From contig NC_058369.1 in the NCBI RefSeq assembly GCF_018350175.1, forward strand, positions 4,528,001 to 4,592,000: 64,000 bases of DNA, given 5' to 3'. Source of the stretch: Felis catus. Taxonomy: Eukaryota. Both the position numbers and the translations under genes were made by a program. Position 1 is the stretch's first letter. Each line of letters starts with the position of its first letter. Shown in pieces: positions 13,853-24,853 of this stretch. Under the pieces are notes generated by a model that had not been told where the DNA came from, searched no databases, and saw only the letters and a list, made by a program, of their open reading frames with translations.

Positions 13853-14212
13853 CAGGGGAGGGGCGGAGAGAGAGGGAGAGAGAGAATCCCAGGCTGTCAG
13901 CACGGAGCCTGACACAGGGCTCTATCCCACAAGCCGTGAGTGAGATCATGACCTGAGCCGACATCAAGAGTCAGACGCTTAACCAACTGAGCCACCCAGG
14001 CCCCCCACCCCCCAAAGATATTATTTGTTCGCTCAAGTGCACAGCAGTAGTATTCACAGAAGTCAAAATGTGGAAATAATCCCGTGTCTGCTGACGGATG
14101 AATGGACAAACACCATGCGGTCCATCCAAACAATGGAATATTATCCAGCCTTAGGAAGGAAGGAAGGGCATTCCTTTTTTAAAAACGTTTATTTATTTTT
14201 TAAATGTTTACT

Positions 14213-14251
<39 letters not shown>

Positions 14252-17200
14252 AGGAGGGTGGGGGAGGGCAGAGAGACAGGGAGACACAGAATCCGAAGCA
14301 GGCTCCAGGCTCCGAGCTGTTAGCACAGAACCCGACGCGGGGCTCAAACCCACGAACCCGTGAGATCATGACCCGAGGCGAAGTCGGACGCTTAGCTGTC
14401 TGAGCCACTCAAGCGCCCCAGGAAGGGACATTTCTACAGCCGCTACAATACGGATGGACCTTGAAGATGCTGTGCTCAGTGACAGAAGCCAGACACAGAA
14501 GGACACGTCCTGCACGACCCCAATCGCAGGAGGTCCCCGGAGGAGTCCCATTCACAGAGACAGAGAGTAGATGGTGGGAGCCATGGCTGGGGCAGGGGGG
14601 GTGAGGAGTCCGTGCTTCATGGGGACAGAGTCTCAGTTTGGGGGAGATGAGAAAGTTTAGGGGTTCTGTTTCACATGAATGCAAATATAATTAACACCAC
14701 CAACTATATGCTTAAAAGTAGTTAAGGTGTTAAACTTTGTTGTGTATTATTTTTACCACGATTCTAATTTTCTATGTCTATTAAATAAGTAAATAAACCC
14801 AAGACAGGGTCTGTGCAGGTGACAAGGTATGTGCGGCCTGGGTCATTCGCCACCTGGAAGGTGAGCCCCTGCGAAGGTGGGGTCGCAAACTCAGATGCTA
14901 AGGGGCCAGCGCAAGATGTAAATAGTGAAACTTACACGGCTCGGCTGTCCTCACTGACCACTGCTCTTTGCCGTTCGTCTTGTTTGGACCTCGGTTAGAG
15001 GGCCACGTCTGGGACAGCAGATGGCTGCTCTGGGTCCTACTTCCCCCCCAGGTGATACCTATTTGCTGACATTTCCCACGTTTTCATCTCCAGCTTTCCC
15101 AATGGTCACACTGGGACGCCTAAGAAGCATCTTAGGTTAGGTCCAGACCTAACCTCCCGATCTTCCCGCCCACAACCTGCACCTTCCCTCCGAGTTTCCT
15201 GTCTCAGGTGGCGGGTACTTCCTCCCTCCAGATTCCCGGGTCCCCTCTCTCAGGAAATCCTGTTGGCTCTGGGGGATCAGCAGAATGATGGCCGAAGACG
15301 TCCACGTCCTAATTCCCGGAGCCTGTGATCTGGGCGCCTCCCGTGGCAAAAAGGCATTTTGCTCTTAGGATTAAGAGTAAGGCCCTTCAGATGGGAGATG
15401 ATCCTGGATTATCCGGGTGGGTCTCCTATAATCACACGAGCCCCTCAAAGCACAGAATTTTCTCCAGCTGGAGACGGGAGACATGAGGCAGAAGGGACGG
15501 CAGAGAGATTCAAAGCAGGAAAGGAACGCACCCCACTCTGTTTCTGGCTTTGAAAATGGAGGAAGGGACCACGAGCCAGGGGATATGGCGCTATCTAGAA
15601 GCCGAGAATGGCCTTCAGCTGACAGCCAGGAGGGAGACAGGCAGACCTCAGTCCTACATCTGCGAGGAACTGAATTCTGCCAACAACTCAAATGAGCCAG
15701 GGTCCCAATGAACAATCCTCCTTGGAGCCTCCAGAAAGGGACGCAGCACCCACACCTGGATTTGGGGATTATGAGACTCTAAGCAGAGACCTGACCAAAT
15801 CACACAATATGTCGTACCTTAGTGGCCCCTATCAGCCATAGGAAATTAATGCAGTCTGCCTTCAGAATGTGCCCAGGACCCCCCAACATCAGAATCAAAA
15901 CACAACCACCACAACTAAAGTCCCAATTCAAAAACTAGGCCGAGGACTTAAGTACCTCTCTCTAGAGAAGAAACGCAGATGGCCGATGAGCCGGTGAAAA
16001 GATGCCCAACACGTAACATCATCGGGGAAAAACACAGAGTGAAGCCACGAAACACCACTTTGCGCCCACAAAGCCAGTTATCAGAAAAGCAGAGGGGCGT
16101 CCGGGTGGCTCAGTCGGTTGAGCGTCCGACTTCGGCTCAGGTCATGATCTCGCGGTTTGTGGGTTCGAGCCCCGCGTCGGGCTCTGTGCTGACAGCTCAG
16201 AGCCTGGAGCCTGCTTCGGATTCCATGTCTCCCTCTCTCTGCTCCTCCCCTGCTCACGCTCTGTCTCTCTCTCTTTCAAAAATAAATAAATGTTAAAAAA
16301 ATTAAAAAAAAGAAATGACAAATAAAACATCCGTATTTAAAAAGGAATTCAAGGGGCGCCTGGGTGGCGCAGTCGGTTAAGCGTCCGACTTTAGCCAGGT
16401 CACGATCTCTCGGTCCGGGAGTTCGAGCCCCGCGTCAGGCTCTGGGCTGATGGCTCGGAGCCTGGAGCCTGTTTCCGATTCTGTGTCTCCCTCTCTCTCT
16501 GCCCCTCGCCCATTCATGCTCTGTCTCTCTGTCCCAAAAATAAATAAACGTTGAAAAAAAATTTAAAAAAATAAAAAAAAAAGGAACTCAAAGGGGCACC
16601 TGGGTGGGTCAGTCAGTTAAGCGGCCGACTTCGGCTCAGGTCATGATCTCGCGGTTCGTGGGTTCGAGCCCCACGTCGGGCTCTGTGCCGACAGCTCAGA
16701 GCCTGGAGCCTGCTTTGGAATCTGTGTCTCCCTCTTTCTCTGCCCCTCCCCTGCTCTCTCTCTTTCTCTCTCAAAAAAAAAATTAATTAATGAAAACAAG
16801 AAATTAAAAAAAGAAAGCAGGTGACAAGTGTCAGGATGTGGAACAAGCTGGAAAAGTCTGGTGGCTCCTTACAAAGCCAAACGTAGAATGATCCCGTGAC
16901 CCAGCGATCCTGCTCCCAGGTGTCTCCCCAACAGAATGGGGCACAAGTGTGCAAACAAAAACCCGTGCACAGACGTCCACAGCAGCCAAAGCATGGGGAC
17001 GGCCCAGCTGCCCACCACTCCGTGAACGGACAAGCAAACTGCGACCCATCCACACCCTGGAGTGGTCGTTCAGCCGCAGGAGGAGTGAGGCGCTTGCACG
17101 TGGATGGATCTCGAAGACGTGACGCTTGGGGAAAGCAGCACATAGTGTGGGATTCCATGTGTCTGAAACCTCTGGAACCGGCACGTCCGCAGAGGCAGAG

Positions 17201-20200
17201 CGGGTGCGTGGTTTCCAAGGGCTGGAGGACGGAGGAAGGGAGTCACCGCTGATGGGCTTCGGCTTCCCTTTCGGGGAGATGGAATGTTCTGGAACCGGAC
17301 AGAGGGTGACGGTCGCCTAACGTGAATTTAGCGGTGCTAAGCGCCGCTGCATCGCCCGCTCTGACATGGTTAAAATGGCAAATTCAGGGGCGCCTGGGTG
17401 GCGCAGTCGGTTAAGCATCCAACTTCAGCCAGGTCACGATCTCACGGTCTGTGAGTTCGAGCCCCGCGTCGGGCTCTGGGCTGATGGCTCAGAGCCTGGA
17501 GCCTGCTTCCAATTCTGTGTCTCCCTCTCTCTCTGCCCCTCCCCCGTTCATGCTCTGTCTCTCCCTGTCCCGAAAATAAATAAACGTTGAAAAAAAAATT
17601 AAAAAAAAATGGCAAATTCATGTGCGTTTTGACACAATAAAAGGGAAGGCGGGGAGCGCCCTGGCCGCCCGTGGAAGGAAGCGCTGGGGCTCGGGGCTGA
17701 GCTGTCGCCGGCTCTCAAGCCCTGCGCCTGCTGAGCCCCGCGGTATCTGGCAGATCCAGGGCTACTTGAAGCACCTCAAGGCCATCGTCCAGTACAAGGA
17801 GGAGATCCGGACCCGGCTGCAGAACCTGTATTCTGTAGGTCCTCACCGGGAGCCGGGGGTGGGGGAGGGGACGGCCCCGGGGGTGGAGGTCACAGGCCCC
17901 ACCCACCGCCACGCCCGTGAGCCCACGCGGCACCCTCTCCGCAGTGGAGAGGCTTCCTGGACCTGGCAGACGGCGTCTCGGAAGACACGCTAAACCAGGT
18001 CATCGACTCCCAAAAGCCCAACCAGTGCTGTGCCCTGCTCTACAGCATGTCGATCGCCGGCCCCCCAAAGCCCGTGATGCTCAGCCACGACAACGTGAGC
18101 GTCCCGCCCGGAGCCGGCAGGCTGGGGCTCCCGGCCTCGCGTGGTGGCCGAGCGCGTGCCCCTGGGGGTCGCGGGCAGAATGGCCCACGGGAGACGGCTG
18201 AGGTGCCTTGCAGATCACGTGGACCACGGAGACCGCTGCGCAGACCCTGTCTTGTAAGTGCCCCCCGGAGGAACAGGAGGTCCTGGTGAGCTACCTCCCG
18301 CTCAGCTACCTGACGGCCCAGCTCTTCGACGTGTGGGTCTCCATCTCTGTCGCCGGAGCCCTCTACTTTGCCCAGCCGGATGCTCTGAGGGTGAGGCAGA
18401 GCTCCTGGGTCCCCTGCCGCGGTGGGTGCAGGGGTGGTTGGGGAGGCCGGCCGGGCGGGGGGGGGGTCACCCCGAGCAGGGGGGGCTCACCCCAGCACTG
18501 GCATCCCCACCCGGTGCCCCGCCGGTGGCTGTGCGACCTTGGTCCTTCTCCTCCCTGCGCCTCAGTTTCCCCATCTGTAAAGTGAAGGGGGTGAGCGGAC
18601 AGGAGCTAGTGTCGTGCAGGACGGGGAGCGTGTACCTGGCTCGTCTCACAGCGAGAAAATTCCCGGTGCAGGAAGCTTAACTGAGCCACTAAAAGCATAT
18701 CAGTGGAAACAACCCAAGTGCCCATCAACAGATAGATGGATAAAGAAATGAGTTCCATCCGCACAACAGAATGTGATCCAGCCTTAGGAAGGGAGGACTT
18801 CCTGCCGCCCGTCACCGCGTGGACGGACCCGGAGGACGCCGTGCGCAGTGACAGGAGCCGGACACAGAAGGACACGTCCCGCGTGACCCCACGCACAGGG
18901 GGTCCCCAGAGGAGTCCCGTCCACAGAGACAAAGTAGATGGTGGGAGCCAGGGGTGGGGAGTCCGTGCTTCATGGGGACAGAGTCTCAGTCTGGGGAGAT
19001 GGAAAGTTCTGGAGGCAGGTGGCGGGGGCGGCTGCATGACAGCGTGCATGGGCCTGAGGCCGCTGAGCTGTGCGCTTAGAGGTGGTGAAAATGGTGTTTG
19101 GTGAATTTTACTTGCAGTTGAAAAAAAAAAAAAAAGCACACGAGGTCACTGACATACATCACGAAACGTCAGTCACGGTTGTGCTGACTGTCCGAATGTA
19201 GAAAAACACACAATTCCCATCAAGACAGGAATTCGGGGGAAACGAACACTGACATCGTTGCCCGGATCCTTAGGACTCCCTCAGCCACGGGGCTCGAAGT
19301 GATCTAGGCTTCCCTACATCGTGTAGGTTCCCAGGGAGAGAACACGTACCTGCAGGTTCCCCGCGGCCCAAACCGGAAAACTTTACGGACGACGAAAGTT
19401 TCGGTGTCGTGCCTTCACGCGTCACAAAAACAGTTGCCCTCCCGGAACTCTTGAGAGGCCTTTTCATGACGTCAAGGCCATCTCGGCTCTGGGGCTGGCC
19501 TCTGCCACCCCTGTCCTGGCCGGTAGAAAGGCTGGCTCGGGCGGGCGCGGTGGGACTTGCCTCGCTTGGTACAGATTTCACTCGCCAGCCTTCAGGGTCC
19601 ATGTTTCGGTGGTGGTCTCGCTGCGGGAACCTTTCCCGGTTACCAGGAAGGAGGTCTGAAAAGAGTGACAAGGGCGGAGTTTGTCCGTCCCCGTGCCCTA
19701 CTTCCTCCTATTCTCTCCTTCCGACCCCCATCTCTCCCTCTGTATCTCGTCTCGTCTCTCCCTCCCTCCATCTCTGTGGGTCTCTGTATCCGCCCCTTCC
19801 CTTCCCGGCTCTTCTCCACGCACCCCTTCACCCCGACTCAGGGGTTCTGGGAGAGGGTGGACAGGGCCAGACACAGCCAACGGCGCGTTGAGCCACCTGG
19901 GGAAGGACACGGATCCTGCGTGTCCCGCTGATGGGGGCAGTTGGGAGCAGATGGTCCCTGCCATCCCCGCCGGAGCTCTGGCCGCGGCTGTTAACTGCCC
20001 CCCTGCCCCACTCACCACACGGCTCCCGGCCGGGGCGGCGGGAAGGACTTCCGGCACCTGGCCCTGCCGCGGGGCGAGGGGGGGGGGGGCGGCCGAGGGC
20101 CCAGGGTGCCCATGGCGGGGGGAGGGGGGGCTTGGCTGGGTGCCCACCGTGCCCTGTGGTGCAGGGCTCCCTGATAGACACGCTGCGGGAGGTCAAGCCC

Positions 20201-23200
20201 ACCATGTTCTACGGCGTCCCGTGGGTCTGGGACAGATTGCTGGACAGCCTGAAGACCAGCCAGCTGGCCTCCACCCCCTTCCGGAGGAGGCTCGACAAGT
20301 GGGCCATGTGTCTGGGGCTCAGGACCAACAAAAGGCGGATGTTGGGGTGAGGCTGGGTCTCAGGGCCGCCCAGGGTGGTGGTGGGGGGGGGTGGGGCGCG
20401 TCGGGGCGGGGCGGAGTCCGGAGGCCCAGCTCTGCTCCCCCTGCGTCTGCTCCCCAAGGCAGACCCGCCCCCCCCTGTGCTTCAGCCTGGCCAAGAGGCT
20501 GACCTTCAGCCAAGCACGGAGGTTCCTGGGCCTGCAGCGTTGTCGCCAGTACTTCAACCTGGGCACGGGGCTCTCCGGAGCCACCACGGAGTACTTCCTC
20601 AGCCTCAACATGCCCATCTGTGAGCTCTACGGCCTGTCCGAGAGCACGGGCGTCCACACGCTGTCCAGGCAGGAGGGCTTCCGGCTGCTGAGGTGGGTGT
20701 GGGCGGGGGGGCGGGCGGGGCTGGCCTTGAACCCCCTTCCCCCACCCCACCCCCCACCGCCGCTCGCTCCCGGACCAGGTGGGTGCCCGCTATCACCCGG
20801 CCCTGTCCCCCCGCAACGCAGACCCAAAGGCCGATGAGTGAAAAAGCAGGTGCACCCAGGTGGGGCCTGACCTGGAGCCCTTCCGATTTCTTTTTCGGTT
20901 TTGTAATTCGCAAACCATTTTTACTAATGGCCGATTATTTCTGCCCCCCTGGCACCTTGGGAGAGAACGCATTCACTGCTGTTGTAAAGGCTGCAACAAA
21001 CGTTATTTCCTGGTCCCCGGGGGTGGGGGTGGGGGTGGGGGCGGCGGGTGGGAATTTAGGGGCGCTGCTTTGTAGCTGTGTGGTTCTGGGTCCCTGACGA
21101 GGTCGAGCTGCTGGCCCCAGTTCCTCAGTTGGGGGTCCTCCTACCACGGCATCCGCTCCCCTCATAGAGAGCAAGGCGGATGCCACCCTCTCCTTTGGGA
21201 CAGCAAATAAATGTACGGGACACCCGGGGACGTTTGAAACTTCAGATAAACAACACCTTTTGGATTATTTTAAAGTATCGGTATAGCCCCCTACAATATC
21301 TAGGACGTCCTTGTACTAACCCCAAAACTTGTAACTGAGAGCGCCGAATCCTAACCCCTAGACCACCAGGGAGCGACCGAACTTGTAACTGAAACAGACG
21401 TCTTACGAGGCACCTCCCATTTGATCTGGCAACCCTATCACGGCCTCACCTCAGAAGTGGCCCTTCGTTATTTCTGCCACTTCTGACGGGTCGTGCAGAT
21501 CAGCCCCATCCAGGGTGGGAGGGGGCCGCACAAGGATGTGGATTCTGGGTGGGCAAAGGGATCTTTGGGAGCCACGCAGGAGGCCGGCTACTGCAGCCTC
21601 CGATCTAGTTGGGGGTCCCCCGCAGGCTTCCCGGAGGACTCGTGCCGAGTTGAAAGAAGAACGGGACAGAACAGGCGACCGGGGCGAGAGTCATGGCCCT
21701 TCTGGTGCGCCCGCTTTCTCTCCTGTCCTGGATCTTCCTCACCTGGGGCTCACCTCTCCAACGGGGACCGTTTTCAAAGATAAAACCAGACGCTACTTAA
21801 AGCGACAGGGGCCGCGAGGAGGGTCCAGTACGATCCGACCTCCGCTTCCATTTGGGCCGAGGGGACCGGACATCTTAGAGTCTGTGGGGTAGGGGAGGCT
21901 GGTGGGGGCTTGAGTGGTCTGGGAAATGGCAGTCACACACACACACACACAAAAAGCAGGAAGGGAGGGGGTTCAGTAACTCATCCGGGTGTCCGCAGAC
22001 CGGTGCCGCTCTAGAGAGAAATAAACTCCTCGCGCGTTTCTGGAAGGAGGCGATGGTGTAGGTCAGTGCCAGCCGCCCCTCCGCGGTGGGGCCCGTTCCC
22101 TCCCACAAGAGCTGGAGGAGACAGCCAGAGTTGATCTCCCGAATGTTTGCATTTCAAAGGGAGGAGACCGTTCTGGGGAGTAGATTTGCATCTCAAAGGG
22201 CGGAGAAAGGACTTATCCGCGAGCTCTTTAAAGGAGCTAGTCTACGGGGAAGGGGGGGGGGGGGTTAAGCGGCCATCTGGGAAATCCTCCTGGCAGCTTG
22301 GGGTTTTCTCGGGCAGGAATGCGGGGGGCGGGGGGATGGAGTCATCCTGGGGATGGGGCCCGCGCTTTCAGAAACGCGAATATGTTCTCAGGTCTTTCTG
22401 TGTGGGAGTGGATGCAATCGTTCGAGCACAGAGCCTGCGGCTCTTAGACGTCAAGGCTAGGACCCAGCGAGAAGAGGGCTCAGAGGAGCCCGACCAGAGT
22501 TTGGTCAGGGAGAGACTCACTATCCTTAGTGCGCCTTGGCTTTGGGGGAGGTGGGATCAACTTTCAGCAGGGACAGGACAAAGAGCCAATCACAAAGCGC
22601 TTATTCACCTCGACCCCCGAACCCAGAGAGGCAGGGCAGAAAGGGGGTCAGGCAGGGAGGCTGAAGGAAGGAGAGGTTACTCGGCCGCTGGGAGGTGGTT
22701 TTGGGAGTTTCTGGTCCGGGCCCCAGCGGTGCTTCCTAGGTGGCTGCTTGGCCTGTGTCACACCCCTAGGGTTACAGCGGGGACAACCAGGTGTCACAGA
22801 ATCCCTCCCACGCGGGGTGTGGGGCTTGCAATCTAGGCAGCCAGAGACAGCCCTTGGTCCTTCCAGATCACTCCACACAAGCCGTAAAGCGGCCCACGGT
22901 AAGTGGTGTTCGCAGACGTGAAGTCACAACAGGGGCCGCTCACTGAGGGCTCTCAGCTTCCATTCATTCCTTTTGGGCAGTTTGCGCATTCAGGGAGCGT
23001 CTGAACGTGAACTCGGAGCTCGCGCTGCCCTGGGGGCTGGGCGTCGGCCCTCATGGGGTGTGTCTTAGCTCGGGGCTGGCGTAACGGAGCGCCCCAGACC
23101 GGAGGGGGTGGGGGGCTTAAACCGCAGAGATTTACTCTCAGTTCTGGAGGCTGCAAGCGCAGGATCAAGGTGCCGTGGGTTCGGTTCTGGGGGAGGGCCT

Positions 23201-24819
23201 CTCTCTGGCTTGGGGACGGCCGTCTCCTCTCCGTGTCTTTGCGCGGTGGGAGAGGCCTAGCAAGCTCACTCTGGTGTCTCTTCGAGAAGGACATCAGACT
23301 CATCACGAAGGCCCCACCCTCAGGGCCTCATCTAAACCGAATCGCCTCCAAATACCACCCCGTTGGGGGTTAGGAATTTGAGGGTGACGCAATTCAGTCC
23401 GGGCAGGGTGCATCCTGGGTGTTGGCTGGGCCAGCTTGGAGGCCCTGCCCTGAGTCTCCAGACAGCCTGGGGGAAGCAGGGCAAGGACGGGGGTCTAGGT
23501 GCCACGACAGGAACCCTCGAACTTTGAGAGGTGAAGCAAAAGCATCTTCCCCCGGCCCCCTTTTCCAAGGAGATAAGCAGGCGGTAAGCTGCCTCATTCT
23601 CGCCTGGATCATGGCTTCCTCTCCCTCCCAGATACCTTTCACAGCAACCAATTCCACCCAGATGGTGTCTTGAGTTTACCTGTCCCTTGCCTTGTCCCCC
23701 GTACTTACCTGTGGGTTCCCCAGGGGCCGGGTGTCGTGCGTCCGTCCACGTGCCCTGCAAGCTTGGCTCTGAGTCAGGGTGGGCCAAGCCTTCCCTCCCT
23801 GGGGGACCGCACCCTGTTTCCCTTCTCCATCTGTCCCCTACTTTGGATCTATGGGACTCTAGCAGCCAGGCAGGCAGAAGAGGCCTGGGATCTGACACCT
23901 GTGTGCCTGGGGGCAGAGGGGCAGCGAGCAGGGGGCACCCCTGAGCCAGTGGGGATCTGTACCTGGTGTCTATAATCACCCCCTCCCTGCCCACTGTCCC
24001 CAGCTGTGGGAAGTCCCTCCCCAGCACCCGCACCAAGACCCAGAGAGAAGATGGGGATGGCATTGGGGACATCCACATTTGGGGCCGGAACATCTTCATG
24101 GGGTACCTCGACGATGAGGAGAAAACCCAGGAGAAGATTGATCTCCACGGCTGGCTGCGCACGGGGGACCTGGGCTTTTTGGACGATGACGAATTCCTCT
24201 ACGTCACGGGCAACGAAAGGGGTGAGCAAGACCAGGCTGCAGGGTGCTCTCTGCCTCGGACCAGGCCCCACGGGGCTGCTGCGGACGGTGGTGCAGGTTG
24301 CACACAGCACGATGATGAGGGACGACTGAAGTCCAGCTTGGAGGAAGGGGCACCCTTTGTATGCTGTCTATCTCTATCTCCGTTGTTTCTGAGCATCCAG
24401 GGGTGGCTCTGGGCTCCAGGACAGCTGACTTGATGTAGCGTTTCAGGACCACAACCCTCCTCTGTCTCCGCCTGCAGATCTCATCACCCTCAGTTCGGGT
24501 GAGAAGATCAACCCGAACCCCATCGAGGAGCGGGTGAAGAGGCACATTCCCCTTGTCCGCTACGTCGTGCTGGTGGGCCAGGACGCCCCATACCTCTGTG
24601 CCCTGCTCACGCTCAAGGTATCTCAGCTGGTTTTGAGCCTCGTGGCAAGTCTGGGCTGTTGGCTGGATGGGGGCGGCCATCCTGGTTTCAAGATGGGGAG
24701 ACTGGGGCGCCTGGAGGGGGGTTCAGTCGGAGAAGCATCTGACTCTTGGTTTCCGTTCAGGTTTGTGAGTTCAAGCTCTGCATCAGGCTCTGTGCTGACA
24801 GTGCGGAGCCTGCTTGGGA

Positions 24820-24853
<34 letters not shown>

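Noticed and set aside
21336..21372. Functional tRNA-Glu gene
   Set aside because: Only nt 1-37 are present; no T-arm/B box, 3' acceptor strand or terminator.
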